The notes beneath the pieces were generated by a model. That model was not told the DNA's origin. It worked only from the letters and a program-made list of their open reading frames with translations, and did no database searches. A stretch of DNA of 64,000 nucleotides from Azolla caroliniana (Eukaryota; Plantae; Polypodiophyta), in the NCBI GenBank assembly GCA_043228905.1, contig JBHGNT010000018.1:14136001-14200000 (forward strand). Direction: 5' to 3'. The position numbers and the translations under genes were made by a program. The first letter of the stretch is position 1. Every line of letters starts with the position of its first letter. Positions 50,609-61,760 of this stretch are shown piece after piece.

Positions 50609-53341
50609 AATCTAAAAGTGCTAGGACGGGTATTGGGGGAGTACTTTTAGTACTAACAATGACTTGGGCTAGGAACACATTGCTAACTTGCTTGGAAGGA
50701 ATGGAACCACTAATGGGCTGTATAGATCTAGGGCTGTTGTCCAACCAAACGGCTCCTATTTTGGCTGGACTCAATCGTTTAACTCTTCATCTAATTGACT
50801 AAGGATTTCAAATTTGTTTGAGATACTTGGGCTATTAGTACTATGAATATTATCTGACACTCTATTAGTACTATTAATACTATCAGACACTCCGAAGGGA
50901 AGAATTGACTCGGGTTTAGTATAGGCGACGATTTGATTTACCTGTCTTCTTGGCCTATGGGGAAAATTGATGGTGATATGCCCTGGTCCACCACAATAAA
51001 GACATAATCGATTGGCACGTCGTCGTTTCTTTTCTTCTTCCGATAACGGGCCGCGTCGACGCATGGTGTCGATCTCCATCGGTGTCAGAATATTGGCTTG
51101 AGGTACATCGCGTGCACATGGTTTAGCCATGACTGAGGCGTATGTGGGTTCCGGCCGAGAGTGTGGTATTTGTAACTGACATTCCGAACGCCGTTCAAAA
51201 AGGCGGTTGTCGCATCGGACCGCTCGATTGATTGCCTCCGTAAGAGACTTTGGTTCTTCGGGGAAGGTTAAAAGCAAGTCTTTGACATCGTTGCGCAAGC
51301 CGTAGCGAAACTGCTCCATGAGGGCCTGATCATCCCAGGGGATATCTGAGGCGAGTAGACGGAAATCTGCCGCGTAGGCAAAGGCTGGACAATCGCCTTG
51401 ACGTAATCTTCGGATCTTATTGATTGTCAACCTGATGTTGTCGGTATCTCCAAAGCAGGCTTTAAACTCACCAATAAAATCTTCAAAGTTATTAAGCAAG
51501 GGCGATTGTTTTTCTAGAAGCGGAGCGAACCATGCCAAGGCTGAGCCGCTAAGTAACGTGCCTATTAGGCCGACTCGAGATGCATCAGTGGGATATCGGG
51601 AAGGATGCATCTGGATGACTAAGCGTACCTAATTAAGGAATCCCCAGAATTGCGATCGTGTTCCATCAAATTTCACAGGAAGTCCAATCTTGGGCTCTTT
51701 ATGAAATCCTTGGGGACTTGATCCTTGTTGTTGCAACGCTGCTTCGAGTTGTTGTACCCGTAACGCTAACTCCCCATGTTGTTGTTGCGTTTGTTGTTTT
51801 TCTAGAGTGATTTGTTGCAGATCCCCTATCAACTGTTGGTTTTCTTGTTCCAGGGCAACAAACTTTTCTTTTAGGCACTGTAGCTCGGAGAAAACGGATT
51901 GATATTCTTGGGCGCTAACAGTAGCCATAGTATAGGGAAAAGGGTAGGAGGATGAGGGAGAGTGACAAGTAGGCTGGAGGAGGAGAAATTTGGTTCAAAC
52001 TATCAGGAATAGTACTAAAGCAGAGATGGAATTAGTACTAAAGAAGAGCAGTACTATTAGTACTAAGCGGACGGGACTGCGTAAGATTCCCGAGAGAGGA
52101 AGCGAGAAGAGGAGAGAGAGAGAGATAGCGAGAATGAGAGAGAGAGAAAGATGATGACAGTAGCTAATATATTATGTGAAAAGATAAGTACAAAGTGGCT
52201 AAGAGGCTTAAGACTGGCGTTGAACCAATTTGGTTCAAAACAATGCCTTGTGCTTCCTTTTATAGTGTTTTTAGGAATAATCGTGAAGCTTCTAGAATGT
52301 TCCAGAGAGATCTGGAATATACATCAATTTTCTATGATAAAGCATAAATGAAAATAATATCCTACAAATTACAATTCATAGTCTAATGATAAGAGCTCGA
52401 CCTATGTAGCATAAGGTCATGGGTTCGAGTCTTGCCATATCATGACACGTACCATACTTCCTCTAATTTGGAAGTAGTCTTCTTCATCACGAAGGTTGGC
52501 CCTTTACCGGTTTTCCCGGTCCCGGATCCTTCCGTGTAGTGCAAGCTTTGCCGGTTCTCCTGACCAGTTTTGCCGTATCCGGATTTGTTCGAATCCGCGC
52601 GCTTCTTCCAACACTCGCTTTCCCTATGGCCCTTTTTGCCACAGTACCTGCATTCCGTGTCGGCCTTTCTTTGCCGATTCCCGGTGCCGCTTTGACTCCC
52701 CTTGCTTGTGGAGGGTCCGGAATTGTTGTCGGCAACACCTCTGTGCCTCCGGTCCTGCTCTTGTCGGCCGCCTCCATTGCGTGCCGACCCACCTCGTCCA
52801 CCACGTCCATGGGGCCGATCTGTCTCCGTGTACAACATCGGGTCATCCGATTGAGTGGTCCTTGACCCACTCGCATGGTTTTCTTCAACCATCAGCATCG
52901 ATTGCGAGTCGAAGAAAGACGGTGGTTTCTCCCGATTGCAGATCGTTGTCCGGATTGGCCTGTACCTTTGCGCTAGACCACTAAGACAGATTTGTACCAT
53001 CTCGTCTTCGTCCACCTTCACTTTGATAGACCCGAGTGCGTTGCAAATCTCCTTTATCTTGGTGGTGTAGTCCGTAACCGACATGTCTCTTTGTCAGATG
53101 TTGTTCAGCTCTTGTCGGAGCTGCAACTTACGGGATGTGGTACTCGCAGCGAAAATCTTCCTCAGATTTCCCCAGGCCTCCTTGGGTGTCTTTGCATCCT
53201 TCATGTAGCGGAGCATCTGATCGTGCACACAAGATGCGAGGCAGTACAATACTCAGCTCACTCCTCGTTCCCATACCGGGAAGTCATTGTGTGTCGGCTC
53301 CGGTGCTACCTCGTTCCTTCCTTCCATGAAGCTCCAATATC

Positions 53342-53848
53342 TATTATCGCTAGGGCCGGACACCATGCCGTCGTGGTCGCCAAAAACTGTGTTATTGCTA
53401 GGGCCAGACAATGGCCTAACACAGGGTGTCCCTTGAGACACTTCACCAAAGGGGTGTTGCAGTGAGATAAAGTTAGACCGATTATTAATGAAACCCTAAT
53501 TGGTTACTAAGCGGCAGGATCATTAGTCACAATACACGCGTAAGATGAATTATATTTAGCATAGAACGATAATTAACAATGATTAAGATACAGAACAACA
53601 ACACTATTAATTATCTGCTAATGATTACAATCTAACCGGGCCCTTTTATAGGTCTCTGGCTCTAGGTACAAATCGGTGCCAACCGGCAACTGGCTACGAA
53701 CTGGTCCGGATCCGGATCGGCATACCGATTCCGGGTCCTTCCATTCGCTTCTCAAAATCATAATGATTCTATATTATATATATAATCAGCTCCCGGTTAT
53801 TAATTATCCCCTTCTTCCATTCTGGACTTCCTTGTCGGTCGGTTAACA
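53342..53848 (-). mobile_element. Family C-related LTR + PBS + short LTR tail, in Copia A2 gag
   Basis: TSD ATATC at 53337-53341 and 53849-53853. LTR 53390-53848 is similar to the reverse complement of 14750-15184. CAGTTTT spacer and PBS TGGCGACCACGACGG follow, then ~21 bp matching the LTR 3' end. Confidence 0.88.
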
Positions 53849-56800
53849 ATATCCATGCCCCAGCAGGTACTGGTGCATCTTGTATGACCAGGATGCGTAG
53901 TTGCTCCGGTCGAGCTTCTTTGTTGGAAGTGAACTTGTCATTCCTCTGTCTATATCTTCTCTTTGTCTGTTGTTACCAGGTTCTAGGGTTTGTCTACGAA
54001 AGCAAGTGTCGACTGCAGAGGTTCTCAACCCTCACACTCTGATACCATGTGAATATTAATGTGTGGAAGCATTAGACAAAACCGGCTCAGCCGGATAGCA
54101 ACAGAGAATAAGATGAAGGTTTAATGGAGAAGCTTAATACACAGAGAGTATATACGGGAGAGACAAAGAGAGCAGAACATAGACTATATTCAAAAATAAC
54201 TCTACAACTCTGTACATACAACTTGCTAAACAACACTATTTATACAAGTCCATAAAGGACTGACATAAGTACTGACAAGTACTTCAATGCTTAGACGTGC
54301 AATTGGCACTAACTACGAGACAATGATTACCTAGTAGTTTAGGCTACTACTAGGCTTCCGGTTCCCGCTCGAATCCGGCTCTCCGATCCAGCGGGTTGTT
54401 TCCGGATACCGATCCGGCTCAGGCTTATTTAGCCGATCCGGATCTGGTTGAGCTTGCTCGCTCAACAATAGTTTTGTGCGAGCATCCTGGCTTACTAAAT
54501 GTGATCGAGCAGTTGAACCAATCCACTATTGGATTGTGCGCCTCCAACCACGTTAGTCCTAAGACGATCGAATGTCGAGGAGATGCGATGAGGTAAAAGG
54601 TGACCTCCTCATGGTGTGAGCCCACACGAAGCCCTAATGGGATCATAGCTTGAGTAATTATGCTTGATGAGAGGATGTGCCTATCGATGGCTTCAACGGG
54701 AATGGGTTTTGAGAGGCAAACGACGGGTACACCATGTGCTTGGGCGAACGCGACGTTGATGAAGCAAGAAGATGCCCCAGAATCAAGTAAAGCAACACAC
54801 TAAATGGAACTAGAGTTAAATGAAAGCCATACCTCCAATGTGAAATTGCCTGACAGTCTGGCAATGGAACCAAGAGAATGTGGGTGATGGGAGATGTCCA
54901 GTTGCATGGCTCCTACTGCTACCGAACGATGTCGTTTTCCAGATGTTGGGGTCCGTTAGCTTAATGGAATTGTGGGCGATTACTCCTAGGACAATGGCGA
55001 ACGACATGACCGGAGGCCCCACAATACAGGCACAAGCCATTAGCCTGCCGAAATTGTCATTCAACATCAGTCAATGGCCAAAATCGGGCTTGATCAATTT
55101 CCATGGGGAAGGGAGCATCTGCCAAAATAGGGGAGCATGACGCAGTCGGTGGGAGGGATACCTGGGGTTGTACGACGGGGGCGTGTCGTGGAAGTGAATG
55201 AGGTGGAACCCAAGTCCGGTGCTCTTCCTAACGAAATTCGAAAAGACTATTGTCACAATGGACTACTTGTGAAATTGCTTGGGATAACGAGGTGGGCTCC
55301 GGAAAGTTCAAGAGAAGATTCTTGACATTGCTTCAAAGGCCCCGTTGAAAGTGATAAGCTAAAGCTTGATCATCCCGATTGATGTCGCATGCTAGTTGTC
55401 GCAATTCTGAAACATAGACAGAAGCTACATGCGAACCTTGTTCGAGTGCATAAAGCTTGTTAAGGGTTGTACATCATTGGTCTGTCTCTGCAAATGTAGC
55501 CTCTAACTCAATGAGGAAGGCGGGAAAGTCCTCCAATAGAGGTGACGAATTTTCTACTAATGGTGCAAACCAAGCTTGGGTCGAACCGGAGAGAAGGGTG
55601 CCCACAAGGCCGACTTGTCGAAGACCATTTGCATAACGTTGAGGTTGTAGCCGAATGATAAGTTGAATTTGGTTGATGAACCCTCGGAAACACGACCTTG
55701 TTCCATCAAATTTTTATGGGAGGCTAACCTTAGGCTCAAGAAAATGCGAAGAAGCTAGGCCAGATGTTTGTAGAAGACTGAGCTCTAGGCTAGGTTGCGG
55801 TGGGAGACTAAGCTTCGGGGGTTGTGAGGATAGGGAGGTATCGAGTTGAAGTTCTTGTAAAGAATTTCGAAGAGCTTCATTTTCAGGTTGGAGTTTTTGT
55901 ACGGCTACCATTATCTGGCTTAAGTCACTAGCTAAGTCATACATAGTTATGGCTTATGAGAGGGAGAGCTATGAGGATGGGAAGGTGAACAAATTGTCAC
56001 AGATAGATCATAAGCTCAAGAGACAAGAAAGAAGATAACCAAATGGATGAGTAGTATTAACTGAAAGACTCCATAACTGGTGTTGTTCACCTTCAATTCC
56101 TTCAAGGTAAACTCAACTATTTACACTACACGACATGCATACTTGTTGCATGCATGTGAATCTACAATAGAGCATGTAGGTATGCATGCATGTGCCAAGT
56201 GTAAATACTACAAGGGAGCAACTATGCACATGATGCTAGCCAAAACTACAAGGACCAATTATATACATAGTTGTATACTAGATATGTTGGTTAACCCATA
56301 ATACTTAATTATAACATGGACATGTCAAGAGTTTGAATCTTGACAAGGATTGCTTTTGGGATTAGCTCTAAAGCATCGTGGATTAGCAATGAGTAATTGT
56401 TTCTTTTGCACTGTTCAAATGGAATGTAGTACTCATCGACAAATGGAAGATAGTACTCATCGATTTATATAATGTCCGATTGCTTGTCAGATTTGGAGTT
56501 ACATTTCTCAAATTTGGGAAGTTTTATCACGGTGTTATTTGACACCTAGACAATGGGTGTTTGCACAATTTACGCATGTTGACCCAAAATCAGAGATGGA
56601 GATCATTTTTCTATTTCTAAGATATTGGGGATTGTGTCATAATTAGAATATGCGCAACATATTCTGAGATATTTGTATTCGATGGTAGACATGGAGTGAA
56701 AGCATATCTACGAAAATTGAAGGGAGTGTGGCAATTTTCTTTATTGGAGCAAGTGAAAATTCTTTCATCGGGGAAGTGTTCGTCTTGCCTATTGGCAATT

Positions 56801-56944
56801 CAACATGTTCCACTACCCGTGTAGTGTCATTAATGGGTGACCATACTCCATTGTCACACCTATTGTAAGTAGCGGTTTTACACACATTTATTAATATAAT
56901 TGTGTGTTTTCACCAAAAAAAGAGAGAAAGAAAGAAAGAAAGAT

Positions 56945-58544
56945 ATATTAACGTCTTCTAAGGCCAAATTTGGCCCATGAGACAAATGGTTTACAACAAA
57001 AAATGGGATATTTACCCCTTCATCGAAAGTAAAAAATAAAAATAAAAATAGAGTTTTAAGGTAAATAGTTCTAGTAAAATAAAATAACAAACATGTTCTC
57101 CAATGAAAATGATGTTATACTAGGCCTAATTTCATCTCCATCCAAGTCTCTCGAAGAGAGGCGGGAGGTTAGAGGGTTTCGATGTGGATGTGGCCCGTTG
57201 CCCCATGTAAAAGGTACCCCAACCATAGCTTCTAGTCGACGTAGCTCACGTTCCCTTATCTTCTTAATCCTTTCTACTCCGTGTCGACTTGTTTTGAAGC
57301 CCAACATCCGAGGGCATTTCGTTGTTCTTTGCGTTTCGGCTTCCTCAAGAGAGAGGCCGAGCGGCGTAAGTGTATCCACATTCATCGACTCCCCTTGTTC
57401 TTGAAAAATTACACTAGTTACAAGTTGATGAATAGTAAAAGGGTTATGGTTAACACTTTGTAATTTATTCTCCCTATGTTGTTTTAGCTCTAAGATATAC
57501 CTACCTAGTCTCTTTACATCCGGGGTATCTAATAGTTTGGAGAGGATGGGAGAGGATCCTAATATGTCTTGGTATTCCACTCGTATCTCGGCATAAGTTG
57601 GGCACTTGCATGTGAAGTGATACTCATCCTCTATCTCTATGTGGCACAACCTACATAGTCTTTCCTCCCTAGGGACTCTATTAGCCCGATCATTCTCAAT
57701 CTCAAGTTGGTGAGATGATATCCTAAGTTGTCCAATGGCAACCCTTAGTGCATTTGATAAGAATGTATCTAGATATCTTGGTCGTGTAATAAAACCTAAC
57801 TGAGAGAAGTGCAAGAAATGTTCCTTATAGTACAACATTTTAGATGGGAGTGGCTCTCGTGGGGTGATCCATTTATATCGAGTGTAAATTTGCCATATTT
57901 CTTGGTGTATCACTTTATTACGGTCTTCATAAGATATTAGAGTTTGGTCAATCCCATGGTTGTACTTAAGGGGGGGGTAGGTTATTAATGTCTATGCCGT
58001 TTGCAAGTAACCAACTCACCACAGTGCTATACCAAGAGCTAGTGTCTCCAGACGCATGTAGGGATCGAGATGAATAAAAACTACCACTTGAAACAGTGCT
58101 TCTACTAACATCGGGGGCAGACTGAACTCTGCTCTAATAATGTCATGTGGCACTGTAGATTTAGTTCGGAGTTGACGTGATAACATCGTCACCAAAGGTC
58201 TCTCTAATTGCGTCCACATGAAAGATGGTAGACTTGGAGCCCATACTACTGATGCATACATGAGGGAAGGGGTCACTAATGAGTCGAAGAGCCATCCCTT
58301 AGTCCGTGGCTCTTGAAAGTATGCATGGTGGCATTGTCTCTCTAAGAGTGAGAGGGATGCATACCCTCTCGTTAGCTTATCTTTGGCTGCCTGGGTCATC
58401 GAGAATTTACCTGAGCAAGCACTAAAAGTGACTCCCAAGTATACATATGATCCAACTACCTCAACTAGTTTATGAGAGAGGATTAGGTGACATTTACTCC
58501 TAACTCGGGACGATGTATGAAAGATAAGGACTTTAGTTTTCGCT
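56945..58544 (-). mobile_element. 5'-truncated non-L1 LINE (RTE/RTEX-like)
   Basis: RT thumb VEVVGSYVYLGVTF...LFDSLVTPSLMYASVVW and C-terminal LRISSHQLEIE...REERLCRLC...EDEYHFTCKCPTY. Microsatellite (CTTT)n tail instead of poly-A; frameshifted. Confidence 0.8.
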
Positions 58545-58760
58545 AGAGAGAGAGAGAGAGAGAGAGAGAGCACATTCAAACCAAAAAACCAAAGCATAGG
58601 CCACAAGGGCAAGGGAGGGGTATTTCGGTCAATTTCCCAAATGAAGAGAAGAGAAGGTGAGGGGCATTTCCACAATTTCGAAAACCTTAAGAGCCCAAAC
58701 TGCAGAGAGAGAGAGACACACACACACACACACACAGAGACAGAGCTCCCCGCCATCGCC

Positions 58761-61760
58761 ATGGCATCTTCTTCCTCGTCTTCTTCTGCTGCCTTGGCTC
58801 GCCAGACATGGGAGCTCGAGAACAATATCGTCTCTGTCGATCCTTCCACTCTTTCTGGACTGTCGAACGGATCCGATGCCATCTATGCGTACGATGAAGC
58901 TTCGCAGGCAGCGATCCAACAGCAGAAGCCATGGTCACGCGACCCTCACTTCTTCAAGAACGTGAGGATCTCTGCATTGGCCCTGCTAAAGATGGTTGTT
59001 CATGCTAGGTCTGGGGGAACCATCGAGGTGATGGGTATCATGCAAGGGAAAACAGAGGGAGATACTATCATCGTCATGGATGCCTTTGTTCTCCCTGTTG
59101 AAGGTACCGAAACCCGCGTTAATGCTCAGGCCGATGCTTATGAGTACATGGTGGAGTATGCTCAAACGAATAAACAGGTTTTAGTTCCTTCTAATCATCC
59201 TTTTTTATTTTTGCTCCTTTCTAGCGCTTAAATTCTATGAAAATGTGTACCTATAGGATATAAATAACTGATGATAAATTTTCAAGTATCAAGGCTCAAA
59301 TTTACTAGATATTGCGTCCAGCAGGATTAAACTAGCAGTCTATCTAACAGTCCTTATTTACCATGAAGGTTCTTCATCTCTTTTTTAGATGTCAATTGTT
59401 GCTAAAGATATGTCTGGAATCTGCAGGGAAGTGCTTAAGTAAAACATAACAGATTGTTTCAAGACAAGAAGAAGCTATTTGATAATCAAATATTAAAAGT
59501 CTCTATGGAGACTTTGATACTATTGAAATTGAAGAATCACAACCTATTTACAGATGTAGACCCCATAGTTTCACACCTATGTCCAACACGTTTACAACAT
59601 ATCAGTATTCTGTAGCTTTCTAATATGATTTCTAAAGTTTTCTTTTAGACAGAATATATGTATTACTAGATAATGTGAAAGCCTTTTTGGATGCTTCAAG
59701 TGGTTCTGAAATTTCTAGTCGATATCTAGCTATGTTGTTTTCATGATTTCAGGGAGGCGTATATTCAATCAATCATAGGTTCTTATGAGAGCATTACACT
59801 TTCATGAGAGAGATTTTAGGAGTAGTTCATATTTATCGAACACCTTATGAGGTTCTGTTGGCAACGCCTTTTCTCTTTTCTAAGTGCACAGATTCCACGA
59901 ACGTTTAATCTTCTGTTCTCATTGTAGGTTGAAGCTCATATGTTCACTGAGTATATTTTACTAAAATGCAGACAACATCAAATTTTATTTTTTATTTTCT
60001 GAAAAATGACATTTTTTTCATACGAATGATGATGTCTTTTACCCTGGTAGCTTCCATTTTGTAAAGAACCTCAGGTGTAACAGAGACACCTACTATTTCC
60101 TGGGAGCCCTCCACCTTATACACATTATATATAATGCCTATGTATATTATCACATCTTAAGCATAAACCTTTCCAAATGATTACAGCCATGAGGTTCTTG
60201 TTACTAATACATTTATGCATCTGCAATATCCTATACTTTATTATAAAGGTATATTATATGCTGAGAAAGAAAATTTGAAACCATCCATTCATGAATCTGC
60301 CACCACTATGATGGATATCCCAAGTATTTATCTATAATAGAATAGATGGCATATTTTATATCAACTTGTTTTGTGTTCCCATTAAATTGATTTTGTATTA
60401 TTGATCTTTACTTACAATTTACTTGATATGGTATATGTATCAGTTTCTTTGCTTTTAGTTTGTATGGTGATATAATCTGTAACCATAACAAATCAACCTA
60501 TGTTGATTGACACTCTCCAAGCTGCTGTTTGTGTTCCTGTGTTTGTGGTAGAATTTCATTTGTTTAGAAATAAACTATCAGACAATTTAGGACGTGTTAT
60601 TTTATCTTCTTAATTGTCCAAGAAACAATATATTGCTGTGCAGTGGACATGATATCATTTATTTGGTTTCTCTTGGTTTCTCGACACAGGCTGGGCGACC
60701 TGAAAATGTGGTAGGATGGTACCATTCTCATCCCGGTTATGGTTGCTGGCTTTCTGGAATAGATGTGAACACACAGATGCAGAATCAAAAATACCAGGAA
60801 CCTTTTTTGGCTGTTGTAATCGATCCGACACGAACAGTTTCTGCTGGCAAAGTTGAAATTGGTGCTTTTCGAACTTATCCAGAGGGATACAAACCTGCTG
60901 ATGAACCACCATCGGAGTATCAAACTATACCTCTGAATAAGATAGAAGATTTTGGTGTGCATTGCAAGCAGGTATGTATAATTGTCTATACATTGCTCTC
61001 TGCTTGTACACAAATATTCTTCAACTAACACTGGATTGCACATAGTATTATCCCCTGGACATAACATACTTCAAGTCATCGTTGGATTCTCACCTTCTAG
61101 ACCTTCTATGGAATAAATATTGGGTGAACACACTATCTTCCTCGCCTCTCCTGGGGAATCGGGACTATGTTGCTGGGCAAATCTCAGATTTAGGTAAAGC
61201 ATTTGGGTGTGAAATTATTGTATATGTGATCAAAAGAGAAGGTTTTATATTTTGTAGAAGCTTTTCTTTTATGTGTTTCTAAAAAGCTTCATTTTCTTTT
61301 GTAAAGCTGAGAAGTTGGAGCAAGTTGAGAGTCACTTGGCCCACTCTGGACGTGTAGGTGCATTTTTCAATCCACCGCAGAGGAAAAAGGAAGTGAGTTA
61401 ATTCACCCACATAGGCTTGGGTTGCAGTTTAACTCTCTATTTTTAATTAAAGAAGTGCAAGGATATTAGACTACAAAGAAAAATGCATGAGATATATTCT
61501 GTTCGTAGGAGGAATCACAACTCGCCAAAATTGCACGAGACAGCAGCAAAATAACTGTGGAACAAGTTCATGGTCTAATGTCCCAGGTACGCATTTTCAT
61601 ATCAATGAGATGATCTATTTTATTGCCTCTACCCTGGTGTAACTTATTTTCTCTCATAAAGGTTATCAAAGATATACTTTTCAACTCGATTACCCCATCA
61701 GAAGTTTCATCCTCAAATACATTTGACATGCTTGGTCCAGAACCAATGGTAGAAGCCTAA
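58761..61760 (+). CDS. CSN5: COP9 signalosome subunit 5 (JAMM isopeptidase), 369 aa
   Basis: Exons 58761-59177, 60690-60971, 61046-61193, 61307-61392, 61509-61586, 61662-61760, all GT-AG, 1110 nt. Motifs [62 protein letters not shown]. Confidence 0.98.

Larger units (their letters stand above)
47010..51857. repeat. 1249-bp direct duplication (47010-48258 / 50609-51857) of G1 gag-protease flanking a 2.35-kb insert
   Basis: Constant offset of 3599; identical 279-aa ORFs at 47172-48011 and 50771-51610; both copies share the same in-frame stop. Confidence 0.95.
45193..52447 (-). mobile_element. Chromodomain-bearing Ty3/Gypsy element G1 (Tcn1/Tf1-like chromovirus), internally deleted and rearranged
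   Basis: LTRs 45193-45635 and 52001-52447; TSD TGTAC/CGTAC; PPT AAAGGGGAGATAG at 45636-45648. Gag from 51928 (RLCLYCGGPGH), protease LLDSGAN, RT N-terminus (GAPIFFVKKKDGSLRLVIDYRG), integrase tail, and chromodomain [35 protein letters not shown]. Confidence 0.93.
39396..54467 (-). mobile_element. Ty1/Copia family A copy A2 (all domains, decayed), hosting four nested insertions
   Basis: 3' LTR 39396-39792, 5' LTR 54048-54467, TSD ATAGT at 39391-39395 and 54468-54472. PBS TGGTATCAGAGTG at 54035-54047; PPT at 39793-39800. Gag (CRYCGKKGHRESEC), PR, IN (HSDV/SDGGKEY/AERKNR), RT (YVDD) and RNase H fragments. Confidence 0.95.
39290..56345 (-). mobile_element. Old Ty3/Gypsy (chromovirus-like) element G2: 5' LTR 55995-56345, decayed gag and protease, split by Copia A2, 3' part lost
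   Basis: LTR TGTCA..TGACA. Gag MYDLASDLSQIMVAVQKLQ...EPKVSLP. Protease region IVLGLTWLEAHNPIVDW...GCSHKT continues across TSD ATAGT as MKVNSVSHPS at 39392. Confidence 0.82.

Noticed and set aside
58016-58882. 288-aa ORF suggesting a LINE-CSN5 antisense fusion
   Set aside because: Chance read-through of stop-free microsatellites joins antisense CSN5 exon 1 to the LINE frame.
24282-61760. Functional cluster of LSM7, PBD and CSN5
   Set aside because: Housekeeping genes of different complexes separated by TE blocks; nothing indicates co-regulation.
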